From the NCBI GenBank assembly GCA_043802745.1, contig JAZDKU010000041.1, positions 1 through 43,160 of the forward strand: DNA of 43,160 nucleotides, read 5' to 3'. A program made the position numbers and the translations under genes. A model generated the notes under the pieces. The model was given only the letters and a program-made list of their open reading frames with translations, had not been told where the DNA came from and did no database searches. Below are positions 32,977-42,076 of the stretch, one piece after another. Position 1 is the stretch's first letter. Each line of letters starts with the position of its first letter. Source of the DNA: a bacterium. GTDB taxonomy: Bacteria; Patescibacteriota; Minisyncoccia; Minisyncoccales; CG1-02-41-26.

Positions 32977-34327
32977 TATTAATAAAAGTTCTGTTTTTCA
33001 TCGTAGATTAAATTATCAATACCCAGTGATTACTCACGGCAAAGGGATTTATCTTTTTGATGAAAAAGGTAAAAAATATATTGATGCAGTGGGGGGAGCT
33101 TTGGTGGCTAATCTTGGCCATGGGCTTTCTGAAATTGCTAAAGAAATTGGCAAATTAGCCCAAAGATTTAGTTATATTCACGGTTCTCAATTTACCACTC
33201 AAGAGATGGAGGATTACGCCAAAGAACTTTGTGCTGTTGTTCCTCAAGAATTGAGAAAAGTTTTTTTTGTCTCGGGAGGCTCGGAGGCTGTTGAATCAGC
33301 TATAAAATTAGCCAGGCAATACCATTATGACACAGGCAATAAAGAAAAATATTTGATTATTGCTAGGAAACCAGCTTATCATGGTAGCACTATTTTGCCT
33401 CTTTCTTTGGCCAGTAGAGAAAGCCATCGTAAACCTTATATTCCTTTGCTTTCAAAATTTCCCATTATTCCCGCTCCTTTTTGTTATCATTGCCCTTTTG
33501 GCAAGGCATATTCTCAATGTAATTTAGAATGCGCTTGGCAGTTAGAAAAAACGATTAAAAAAATAGGGCCAGAAAAAATTTCCGCTTTTATTGCTGAACC
33601 AATTATTGGCGCTTCAGCTGGAGCAGTAGTTCCCCCAAAGGAGTATTTTCCCATTATTCGGCAAATTTGCAATAAATATAACATTCTTTTGATTCTTGAC
33701 GAAGTGATGACTGGTTTTGGCCGAACTGGTAAATGGTTTGCTTTTTCGCACTGGAATTTTCTTCCGGATATTTTTGTTACCAGCAAAGGAATAGCCGCTG
33801 GCCTTGTTCCTTTTGCTGCGGTTTTCTGCCAAAAGAAAATAGTGGAAACTATTAAAAGTGGTAGTGGCAATTTTGTTCATGGATTTACTTTTGAAAATAA
33901 CCCCTTAACTACTGGAACAGCCAGAGCGGTTCTAAAATATGTTAAAGAGCGAAATTTAGTGGCACAAAGCGCTAAAATGGGAAAGTATCTTTTATCGCGT
34001 CTTATGACTTTTTCGGACATTCCTATTGTTGGGGATATTCGCGGTTTGGGCTTGATGACAGCTGTGGAGTTTGTGGAGAATAAAAAAACTAAAAAACCGT
34101 TTCCTCGTAAAGCGCAGATAGCGGAAAAAATTACACAAACGGCGTTGAATAAAGGTTTAAATCTATACTTTGCCATTGGTTTTATTGATAATACAGATGG
34201 CGCGGATAGCGGTGATGCTGTGATGGTGGCGCCTCCATTTATTGTGACTAAAAAAGAAATTGATAAAATTGTTGATATTTTTAAAGAGTCAATTTTAGAA
34301 GTTCAAAATAATATTTTAAAAAAATAA
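32966..34327 (+). CDS. PLP-dependent class III aminotransferase
   Basis: GIYLFDEKGKKYID, SGGSEAVESAIK, YHGST, FIAEPI, DEVMTGFGRTG, PDIFVTSKG, RGLGLM. Confidence 0.92.
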   Translation: MKNNINKSSVFHRRLNYQYPVITHGKGIYLFDEKGKKYIDAVGGALVANLGHGLSEIAKEIGKLAQRFSYIHGSQFTTQEMEDYAKELCAVVPQELRKVFFVSGGSEAVESAIKLARQYHYDTGNKEKYLIIARKPAYHGSTILPLSLASRESHRKPYIPLLSKFPIIPAPFCYHCPFGKAYSQCNLECAWQLEKTIKKIGPEKISAFIAEPIIGASAGAVVPPKEYFPIIRQICNKYNILLILDEVMTGFGRTGKWFAFSHWNFLPDIFVTSKGIAAGLVPFAAVFCQKKIVETIKSGSGNFVHGFTFENNPLTTGTARAVLKYVKERNLVAQSAKMGKYLLSRLMTFSDIPIVGDIRGLGLMTAVEFVENKKTKKPFPRKAQIAEKITQTALNKGLNLYFAIGFIDNTDGADSGDAVMVAPPFIVTKKEIDKIVDIFKESILEVQNNILKK

Positions 34328-34329
34328 CT

Positions 34330-35508
34330 ATGACAGAAAATGCAATTCATAATTTTTCTAAAAAATTACTTCAAGAAACAGTTTTTTCTTATCTGAAAGA
34401 ATATGTGCTTTGGCGTTCTGGGAAGAAGGAATTAGAAATTGAAAAGTTTGCTCCTATTTCTATAAATTTAGACCTAATAACTGCCTGCACTTTTCACTGC
34501 GACCATTGTATTGACGGTGATATTATTGACACTGGAAAACTTTTGGACTTAGCGTATGTTAAAAAAATAACTAGGGACTGGAGTAAGAATGGATTAAAAT
34601 CAGTTATTTTAATTGGTGGGGGAGAGCCCACTTTATATCCAAAATTTGAAGAGGTAGTTAAGTTTTTAAAGAGTTCTTTTATGGGGATGGGGCTTGTTTC
34701 TAACGGAACGAGAATGGATAAAGTTGAAAATATTTGCCATCTTTTAAATGAAAAAGATTGGGTTCGGCTTTCTTTGGATGCGGGCACTGATGAAACGTTT
34801 GAAAAAATTCACCGCCCCAAAGTTAAGATAACTTTAAGCGAAACCTTGGGTCAGGTAAAAAAAATCCGTGAAAAAAATCCTAATTTTCAAATAGGGTATT
34901 CTTATCTTATCATTGGCGAGAATAAAAAAGTTAATAATATTTCTTTGGTTAACAATATTAAAGAAATTAGCTTGGCAGCTCAACAGGCCAAAGACAATGG
35001 TTTTAGCTATCTTTCGCTTAAGCCATTTATTAACCCCGAAGGGGCTCGGGAAACAAAAATTAGCGTTAAGAACTTAAGAGAGATAAGAGAAGAAATTGAA
35101 AAAGCTAAAAAATTAGAGGACAAGAATTTTAAAGTGATTGAAAGTGTTAATCTTCTTTGTTTTTATGATAACGAACTCAAAAAACAATTTCAGAAACAGC
35201 CAAAAGTTTGCCATGCTCAATTTTTTCGTTCTGTGGTTATTCCTGCTGGGGTTGGTAGCTGTTCTTTATGGCGTGGGTTTAACAATACTAAAATTATAGA
35301 TACTGACCGAAAAATAAATAAGGCCTATCATGGGGAATTAAATCAAAATAGAGTAAAAATGATAGATGATTTTGATGCTAAAAAAATTTGTAGCAAGGCG
35401 CTTTGCCTTTACGCTCCTATTAATTGGTGGATTGAAGATTTAATAAACCACCCTGAAAAACTTAAAGATCTTGAAACCATCAACGACTTCGGCGACTATT
35501 TTTTCTAA
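34330..35508 (+). CDS. Radical SAM protein with C-terminal Cys-containing (SPASM/twitch-like) region
   Basis: CTFHCDHC (CxxxCxxC), GGGEPT, SNGT, VRLSLDAG; additional C-terminal Cys residues. Confidence 0.9.
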   Translation: MTENAIHNFSKKLLQETVFSYLKEYVLWRSGKKELEIEKFAPISINLDLITACTFHCDHCIDGDIIDTGKLLDLAYVKKITRDWSKNGLKSVILIGGGEPTLYPKFEEVVKFLKSSFMGMGLVSNGTRMDKVENICHLLNEKDWVRLSLDAGTDETFEKIHRPKVKITLSETLGQVKKIREKNPNFQIGYSYLIIGENKKVNNISLVNNIKEISLAAQQAKDNGFSYLSLKPFINPEGARETKISVKNLREIREEIEKAKKLEDKNFKVIESVNLLCFYDNELKKQFQKQPKVCHAQFFRSVVIPAGVGSCSLWRGFNNTKIIDTDRKINKAYHGELNQNRVKMIDDFDAKKICSKALCLYAPINWWIEDLINHPEKLKDLETINDFGDYFF

Positions 35509-35510
35509 AT

Positions 35511-36050
35511 CTAAACACCAAAATCAAAGTAATCTCTTAGGGATAATTTAACATTTTCAAAAGCTATGTCTTCCCAAGGGATTTCGCTTTTACTAAACCA
35601 TTTCAGCTCGGAAAATTCCTCGCTTGGTTTCGGTTCAGTTAAAAGCACGCAAATATACACAATATTAAAGGTGAAGTTGGTTTTATCTTTGAAGGTGTAT
35701 TTATCGGTATAGACCCCGAAGAGTTTTTTAATCTTAACTTTTGCTTTTATCTCTTCCATTACTTCTCTTTTTATCCCCATAACTGGGCCTTCACCGTTTT
35801 CTAAAAATCCTCCGGGAATATCCCATTTACCAAATCCGGGAGCTTCTCTGATTGTCCTTTTGGCAAGTAGCACCCTATTTGAAGAATCATACACTATTGC
35901 CCCAACAGTCGGTTTGGAATTTTGGAAAAATTTGAAACCGCAATTTTGGCATACTTGCAACGCTTCTTGTGTTAAATTACCACTGCATTTTGGACAGAAT
36001 TTATATATCTCATATTGCGTTCTATTTTTTAAATTGTTTTTGAGTTTCAT
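35511..36050 (-). CDS. Nudix hydrolase with N-terminal zinc ribbon
   Basis: FCPKCS...CQNCG; Nudix box GGFLENGEGPVMGIKREVMEE. Confidence 0.9.
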   Translation of the reverse strand: MKLKNNLKNRTQYEIYKFCPKCSGNLTQEALQVCQNCGFKFFQNSKPTVGAIVYDSSNRVLLAKRTIREAPGFGKWDIPGGFLENGEGPVMGIKREVMEEIKAKVKIKKLFGVYTDKYTFKDKTNFTFNIVYICVLLTEPKPSEEFSELKWFSKSEIPWEDIAFENVKLSLRDYFDFGV

Positions 36051-36125
36051 TATTATTTCTAAATAGTTTAGTTAAAGATTCGCATATTTCTAACGTTTTG
36101 TCAAAAAATAGCCATTAACCAATAT

Positions 36126-36150
36126 TAAAACAGGCAATATGCCTGTTTTA
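36126..36150. terminator. Hairpin (probable terminator) between the two Nudix genes
   Basis: TAAAACAGGCA-ATA-TGCCTGTTTTA, perfect 11-bp stem with T-runs on both strands. Confidence 0.6.
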
Positions 36151-36170
36151 TTTATGATCATTTTTGATTT

Positions 36171-36731
36171 TTATCCAGTATCCAGTTTTAACTTCAGTGA
36201 TTTTACTGTTGCCTGAATCACCGGATCAAATGTTGAATCAACCTCCGAGACGAAAAACCATTTCATCTCTCGATATTTGCTGGTTGATGAAACGACAAAT
36301 TTTTCTATGTCTTGTTCTTCTGTTTCCAGCGAGAAGACGACAACAAGACAATGCCGTCCATTTTCTTCGGGCGGTTGGTCTCGGACAGAAAAGACATTAG
36401 AATTAATGCAAATAAATTGCATTCTTTCTTCAATCTTTTCCCTTGACCATTCCAGCTCAAACTCCTCTTTTAAAGTACGGTGGACCGTGTCCGATGGCGC
36501 CTCGCCTGGCCTTATTGTCCTGCCAATTGTCCACCATACTTTTGGCTCCTGCGAGCGTCGACCCAAAAGAATTTTTAGCCCCTCTGGTGTTGAAACCATC
36601 ATGACAATGTCATATGAGGCGGAAACAAAAATGTCGTAGTATTGTCCAATTTGTTCCGCTGTCAACTGACTCGGCGGGGCTGGTTGAAAGTCTCCGTGAA
36701 CATGGTGATTAATCTTAATCAATTCAATCAC
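36171..36731 (-). CDS. Nudix-fold hydrolase with degenerate box (GDP-mannose mannosyl hydrolase-like)
   Basis: ILLGRRSQEP..WWTIGRTIRPGE.......TLKEEF and a downstream RHCLVVVF His. True start is probably TTG 36722, just after AAGGAGGTGA. Confidence 0.7.
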   Translation of the reverse strand: MIELIKINHHVHGDFQPAPPSQLTAEQIGQYYDIFVSASYDIVMMVSTPEGLKILLGRRSQEPKVWWTIGRTIRPGEAPSDTVHRTLKEEFELEWSREKIEERMQFICINSNVFSVRDQPPEENGRHCLVVVFSLETEEQDIEKFVVSSTSKYREMKWFFVSEVDSTFDPVIQATVKSLKLKLDTG

Positions 36732-36751
36732 CTCCTTTCTTAAAAAAAATT

Positions 36752-37192
36752 TTACAGATCTTTTTGGAAAAACAGAATAGATTCTGCCGGGTTCTGGACA
36801 GAACCCACTATCTTGAACCCTTCTGCGAGGTAGAAGAGAAATGACCCGTTGACCAAGTCATGCTCTCCGCTGGAAAGGAAAAGATATTTAATGTTTTTTT
36901 GCCTTCCAGCCACCTCCAACGTATCAAGAAGTTTTGATCCAATGTACTGTCTTCGGTAGTCGTACCCCACGACTAAAACCGAAATTTCCAGCCACTGTAT
37001 CTTTTTTTTGCTAGCTTCCCTCGCCAGCACAATTCCAAGGACGATGTCTGCTTCTTTCGCTTCAAAGCAGTAATCTGAATTTGCGTTTAAGAAAAAATTC
37101 AGATAGCCCCTGTCCTTTTCGGGCCAACTTGTTTTAATTAAATCAAGTGCCTGAATTTTATCGGTTTCCGTGGAAATTTTCTGGATTGTCAT
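36752..37192 (-). CDS. GNAT-family N-acetyltransferase
   Basis: LVVGYDYRRQYIGSKLL (acetyl-CoA motif A), FYLAEGF; SD GGAGGT upstream. Confidence 0.85.
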   Translation of the reverse strand: MTIQKISTETDKIQALDLIKTSWPEKDRGYLNFFLNANSDYCFEAKEADIVLGIVLAREASKKKIQWLEISVLVVGYDYRRQYIGSKLLDTLEVAGRQKNIKYLFLSSGEHDLVNGSFLFYLAEGFKIVGSVQNPAESILFFQKDL

Positions 37193-37237
37193 TTTTTACC
37201 TCCCTCTAGTATATTTTTTATGTTAAGAACACAACTA

Positions 37238-37267
37238 AATATAAGCACATATTTAGGATTTTGTCAA
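37238..37267 (-). promoter_or_regulatory. Sigma70-type promoter for the GNAT-Nudix unit
   Basis: Minus strand TTGACA (37267-37262), 17-18 nt, TTATATT. Confidence 0.5.
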
Positions 37268-37331
37268 TAAATTTGGCGGCTTTACTTAAATGATATTTTG
37301 GTTTAAAATGTTTTAATGACAATTTAATTAG

Positions 37332-38354
37332 ATGAAAATACATATTTTGTACAATTTTCAGGATGGACCGACGGGTGGGGGAAATCAGTTTTTGAAGGCC
37401 TTGAAGGTTTTTTGGCAGAAGCAGGGTATTTATGAAGAAAGTCCAGAAAAGGCTGATGTTATTTTATTTAACAGCCACCACGAATTAAACAGGGTTTTTC
37501 GCTTAAAGAAAAAATTTCCGGAAAAGGTTTTTGTGCATCGCATTGACGGACCCATTCAATTATATAGAGGAAAGAATAAGGAGATTGACAATATGATTTT
37601 TAAAATTAGCACGCTTATAGCTGATGGCGTTATTTTTCAATCAAACTGGTCTAAAGAAAAAAACCGTCAATTATGTGGTAGAAATTTCGCTAAATTCGAA
37701 ATAGTAATTTATAATGCTTCTGACCCGGATATTTTTAATAACCAAGGCAGAAAAGAATTTAATCCCAGTCAGAAAATAAGGCTAGTAGCTACTAGCTGGT
37801 CTGCTAATTTAAAAAAAGGTTTTGGGACATATCAGTTTTTAGACAATAATTTGAATTTTCAAAAGTATAAAATGACTTTTGTGGGCAATTTACCCGTAAC
37901 CTTTAAGAATATAAAATGGGTAAAGCCAGTGCCGTCCAAAGAAGTAGCTGAAATTTTAAAACAAAATGACATTTATATTACAGCCAGCCAAGAAGACGCT
38001 TGTTCTAATTCTCTAATTGAGGCTTTGAGCTGTGGTTTGCCAGCAATTGCTTTAAACGATGGAGGTCATCCTGAATTATTACAAAAAGGCGGGGAGCTAT
38101 TTGAGAAAAAAGAAGATGTTATTGTTAAAATTGAAAAGGTGGCAAATAACTATTCTTATTACCAAAATAATTTGCCGGATCTTTCTATGCAAAAAATTAG
38201 CGGGCAATATTTTGATTTTTGCTTAAAGATTTTTGAGGATGTAAAAAATGGATACTATTTTCCTCGCCAAGTTGGAGTAATGGCTATGTTGGATTTTGGC
38301 AAAGCACGTTTTTTTGTTAATATTCGAAGGGTTCTTAATAAACTTAAATTATAA
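37332..38354 (+). CDS. Glycosyltransferase family 4 (GT-B)
   Basis: GPTGGGNQF, HRIDGP, EDACSNSLIEALSCGLP, GGHPEL. Confidence 0.85.
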   Translation: MKIHILYNFQDGPTGGGNQFLKALKVFWQKQGIYEESPEKADVILFNSHHELNRVFRLKKKFPEKVFVHRIDGPIQLYRGKNKEIDNMIFKISTLIADGVIFQSNWSKEKNRQLCGRNFAKFEIVIYNASDPDIFNNQGRKEFNPSQKIRLVATSWSANLKKGFGTYQFLDNNLNFQKYKMTFVGNLPVTFKNIKWVKPVPSKEVAEILKQNDIYITASQEDACSNSLIEALSCGLPAIALNDGGHPELLQKGGELFEKKEDVIVKIEKVANNYSYYQNNLPDLSMQKISGQYFDFCLKIFEDVKNGYYFPRQVGVMAMLDFGKARFFVNIRRVLNKLKL

Positions 38355-38358
38355 ATTT

Positions 38359-39042
38359 ATGATTTTTAATTACATTAAAACCGCTGTAAAAAAACAATGC
38401 CAGAGAAAGAGACAGGCAAGGGTTTGGTCTAATAATGAATTGGCGAAATTTGCTTCATTTTTTAGTGGCAGGATAATTAACGTGAGTGGCTGGAAAGACG
38501 AAGATAAACAGAATGGATTATATAAAAATTATTTTATTAACGCTAAAGAGTATTTTGTTTCTAATATAGAAGGCGACAAAGGTCTTTCGGACTTAGTAGA
38601 CGAAGTTTATTTAGACCTAGAGAAACCTCTATCCGAGCAACTTCAAAGGAATTTTGATGTGGCTTTTTGTCATACTACACTTGAACATATTTTTCATATT
38701 AACGCTGCTTTTGATAGTCTTTGCCTTTTGTCTAAAGACATTGTGATTTTGGTGGTTCCATTTTTACAGGAACAGCATTGGACTGATTCGTATGGCGATT
38801 TTTGGCGATTTACCCCGCAAAATATTATTAGAAATTTCAAGGAACGGGGGTTTCAGATTTTGTATCTTTCCCAAACACCTTATAATAATAATCCAGTTTA
38901 TCTTTTTGCCATTGCCACTTGCAATTTTGCCAAATGGCAGGAAAAATTTTCTCCTATTAAAATTACCGACGGCGCTATCGATGATTTTGCCAAGCCAAAA
39001 TGGTACTGTCCTTTCATCCAAAAAATCTATGCTAAACGATAA
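38359..39042 (+). CDS. Methyltransferase-fold protein
   Basis: FDVAFCHTTLEHI, VVPFLQEQH...YGDFWRFTP. Motif I is atypical (INVSGWKDEDK). Start set to ATG 38359. Confidence 0.65.
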   Translation: MIFNYIKTAVKKQCQRKRQARVWSNNELAKFASFFSGRIINVSGWKDEDKQNGLYKNYFINAKEYFVSNIEGDKGLSDLVDEVYLDLEKPLSEQLQRNFDVAFCHTTLEHIFHINAAFDSLCLLSKDIVILVVPFLQEQHWTDSYGDFWRFTPQNIIRNFKERGFQILYLSQTPYNNNPVYLFAIATCNFAKWQEKFSPIKITDGAIDDFAKPKWYCPFIQKIYAKR

Positions 39043-39877
39043 AATCGGATTTTTTAAATATCTTTTGTGGCGAAACGATAAAATATGGCCAAAATTAAGC
39101 CAAAAAGAGCAAGAAAGAGTTTTACAGGCAAATAAAAGCTACAACAATATTCGAGATGATTATAAAAATCCTGAATTTTACGGCGATGGCCGGGTTGTTG
39201 GGGGAGAAAATTGGGACGCTTCAGACAATCGTTTGTCGTTTTTTAGGGGGGCTATAATAAACGAAGTTTTAGAGGGTCAGAAGCCAAAAAGCATTTTGGA
39301 AATAGGTCCGGGTCCTGGTTTCTATACTCGTTTGATTTGCGAAAAAAAATATGTTCAAGAGTATATTGGTATTGACATTGTGCAGCCGTTTTTAGATTAT
39401 TTAAAGCCAAGATTAGAGAATTTAAAAACTCAAAAAAGCGACTTTGTTTTTCAGCTTGCTTGTGATGATTTTATGAATTTAAATTACGCTAGTCGTTTTG
39501 ATTTGATTGTTCTTCTTTCTACTGTGCATCACATTCCAAATAGGCAGGATTTATTTTTTAAGTTGTCTGAGTTTTTAAAAAAAGATGGCTTGATATTGTG
39601 CATTGACCCCAGCCATTATTGGCGAAGAAAGTTGCATTTATTGAAAAGCATGTGTTTTTATCTAAAAAAATCTTATTATTCAAAACTGGAAAATTTAGGC
39701 ACGCACCATATGTGTTCGTCTGAGGAATATGAAAAGCTTGCTTCGAAAAATGGTATGGTCATTGAGAAAGAGTGGTTTATTTTGCCTAAAAAGTTTATGA
39801 AAAATAGGGTGTTATCCCACCACTCTTGGTGGCGTCGAGCTTCTAGTGAAATTGCCATTTTACTTAAAAAATTATAA
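39029..39877 (+). CDS. Class I SAM-dependent methyltransferase
   Basis: ILEIGPGPG, YIGID, FDLIVLLSTVHHI, LKKDG; start set to ATG 39029. Confidence 0.85.
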   Translation: MLNDKIGFFKYLLWRNDKIWPKLSQKEQERVLQANKSYNNIRDDYKNPEFYGDGRVVGGENWDASDNRLSFFRGAIINEVLEGQKPKSILEIGPGPGFYTRLICEKKYVQEYIGIDIVQPFLDYLKPRLENLKTQKSDFVFQLACDDFMNLNYASRFDLIVLLSTVHHIPNRQDLFFKLSEFLKKDGLILCIDPSHYWRRKLHLLKSMCFYLKKSYYSKLENLGTHHMCSSEEYEKLASKNGMVIEKEWFILPKKFMKNRVLSHHSWWRRASSEIAILLKKL

Positions 39878-39880
39878 TTT

Positions 39881-41083
39881 ATGAGAGTTGCTTTTCTTGT
39901 AGAGAGGAATACTTATTTTAGGACATTTGGTCCAGTTATTGACGAAGCCATGAAAAGAGGTCATCAGGTTTTTTGTTTTTATAATTACAGCCAACCCAGA
40001 ACTGGCTCAAAAGGTTATCAATTTCCAGATATAAATCAAGCTCCTAAATTTAAAAATGGGCAGGTTGTTTCCTTGGAATTTAAAACAGAAAATGAGTTTG
40101 TTGAAAAAGTTTTAACAAATGGCATTCATGTTGTTGTTTCTTTAAATACATCAGAAAGTAACCTTGCTTTGATAAAAGAGTTGAAGTTGAGGGGTATCTA
40201 CTGGGTGGCTTTGCAAAATGGATTTGACACAGTTGCAATATCCGGGGATTATTTAGCTGTACCTGATAAGTTTTTTATATATTCTTGGGAGTGGCTTGAG
40301 TGTATTTTTGATTATTTAGAAAGAGCAGGCAAGGCACAAGAAGATAACTTTTTGGCATTTAAAAATAAATTGCAAGAAAAGGTTAAGCCAGTTGGGTTTT
40401 GGCTTTGCGAAAAGGACGCTTTATCATCTCAAAGAGACATAAAAAACAAATGGGGGATTCCTTTGGATAAAAAAGTTGTTTTGCTTTTACCGTTTCCTTT
40501 TGGCTCAAGCTTGAAGACATTTTGGACAGGATATAGATACGGAACAAGATTTTTTAGCCAGCAAAATGATTACAATGTTTGTTTGGCTATAAGAAAATTT
40601 TGTGACAATAACAATGCGGTTTTGTTGGTTAAATGTCGGAAAAAAGACCCAGCTAAAAGGTATTTAACTAAAATGGCAGATAAGGTTGTTTATGATGAGG
40701 GCTTTTATCCGTCAACCACTATGGAGTGTTTTTCTATAGCTGATATTTGTTTTAACTTTTATTCAACAGCGGTTATTGAAGCAATTGCTATGAGCGTTCC
40801 CAATGTTTGCATAGCCCCAGAAACAAAGGATTGGCAAGACATTGCTACCCCTCTTTGGCAAATGATTTTGTCTAAAGCAAGAGATTTTTTTGACTTTCCT
40901 GGGGCTTCTTACTTAAGAACAATTCCCGAGAGTATTGCTAACTTGCCAAAACAAACTTTAGCTGATTTTTCTTTTAGTAAAGATAAACAAGCCCAATATT
41001 TGCAAAAATTTGCCCATAGCAACATTGAAACAGCTTCTTTAAATATTATTTTAGAGATTGAAAAATCGATTAAAAAAGAGTAG
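39881..41083 (+). CDS. GT-B-fold-like glycan biosynthesis protein (possible nonulosonate transferase)
   Basis: MRVAFL...KRGHQV N-terminus, LQNG, KKVVLLLP, YSTAVIEAIAMSVP; sits directly before pseB. Specific function is an inference. Confidence 0.5.
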   Translation: MRVAFLVERNTYFRTFGPVIDEAMKRGHQVFCFYNYSQPRTGSKGYQFPDINQAPKFKNGQVVSLEFKTENEFVEKVLTNGIHVVVSLNTSESNLALIKELKLRGIYWVALQNGFDTVAISGDYLAVPDKFFIYSWEWLECIFDYLERAGKAQEDNFLAFKNKLQEKVKPVGFWLCEKDALSSQRDIKNKWGIPLDKKVVLLLPFPFGSSLKTFWTGYRYGTRFFSQQNDYNVCLAIRKFCDNNNAVLLVKCRKKDPAKRYLTKMADKVVYDEGFYPSTTMECFSIADICFNFYSTAVIEAIAMSVPNVCIAPETKDWQDIATPLWQMILSKARDFFDFPGASYLRTIPESIANLPKQTLADFSFSKDKQAQYLQKFAHSNIETASLNIILEIEKSIKKE

Positions 41084-41113
41084 AGTAATACAAATAACAA
41101 AGAATAAACAACC

Positions 41114-42076
41114 ATGCCATTAAATAATAAAACAATTCTAGTAACTGGGGGAGTGGGGAGTTTTGGCTCTAAGTTTGTGGAGATTGCCCTGAAAAAGTAT
41201 AACCCCAAAGCCATTAGAGTCCTTGATATTTCCGAAGAAAAAGAAGTGGCCATGGAAAGAAAGTTTAATGACCCTCGTTTAAGGTTTTTTATTGGGGATG
41301 TGAGAGATAAGAATAGGCTAGAAAGAGCTATGGCTGGCGTTGATATTGTGGTGCATACTGCCGCCCTAAAACATGTTACGGTTTGTGAGTATAACCCTAT
41401 TGAGGCGGTGAGAGTTAATATTGATGGCGCGGTTAACGTGGTTAATGCCGCCATTGACCAGGGCATTCCAAAAGTTATTGCTCTGGGCACTGACAAAGCT
41501 GTTTATCCAGTTAATTTGTATGGAGCCTCGAAAATGGTTATGGAAAAGATTTTTGTTCAAGGCAATGTTTATTCCAAGAATAATGCCACTAAATTATCCT
41601 GCACTAGATATGGCAATGTGGTGGGTTCGTCGGGCTCGGTGGTGCCTTTGTTTCGTGAGCAAGCTAAAACTGGGAAAATCACTATTACCCACAAAGACAT
41701 GACACGGTTTTGGATAACTTTAGAGCAGGGGGTTGAATTTGTTATTAAGTCTATTGAGCGAATGGACGGGGGCGAGATATTTGTGCCAAAGATTCCTTCT
41801 ATGAAAATTATGGATTTAGCCAATCTGGTGGCTCCAGATGCGGAAAAAGAAATCACTGGTATTAGGCCAGGCGAGAAAATTCATGAGGATTTAATTACCA
41901 AAGAAGAAGCCAGGCACACCAAAGAATACGATGATCATTTTGTTATTGAGCCAGAGTTTTCTTTTTGGCAGTATAAAGAAGAAAAAGGTGGAAAGCCATT
42001 AGCTGAAGGATTTAGATATACCAGCGATACAAATAAGCAGTGGCTTACGCAAGAGGATTTGCGAAAAATTATATGA
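41114..42076 (+). CDS. pseB: UDP-N-acetylglucosamine 4,6-dehydratase (inverting)
   Basis: TGGVGSFG, RFFIGDVRD, HTAALKHV..CEYNP.E, TDKAVYPVNLYGASK, RYGNV.GS.GSV, MTRFWITL, GIRPGEKIHE. Confidence 0.9.
   Translation: MPLNNKTILVTGGVGSFGSKFVEIALKKYNPKAIRVLDISEEKEVAMERKFNDPRLRFFIGDVRDKNRLERAMAGVDIVVHTAALKHVTVCEYNPIEAVRVNIDGAVNVVNAAIDQGIPKVIALGTDKAVYPVNLYGASKMVMEKIFVQGNVYSKNNATKLSCTRYGNVVGSSGSVVPLFREQAKTGKITITHKDMTRFWITLEQGVEFVIKSIERMDGGEIFVPKIPSMKIMDLANLVAPDAEKEITGIRPGEKIHEDLITKEEARHTKEYDDHFVIEPEFSFWQYKEEKGGKPLAEGFRYTSDTNKQWLTQEDLRKII

Noticed and set aside
38792-39028. N-terminal extensions given by the ORF track (also 19341, 20964, 23097, 29457, 38296)
   Set aside because: They overlap upstream genes or precede the family-typical N-terminus; downstream ATGs fit the coupled-operon pattern.
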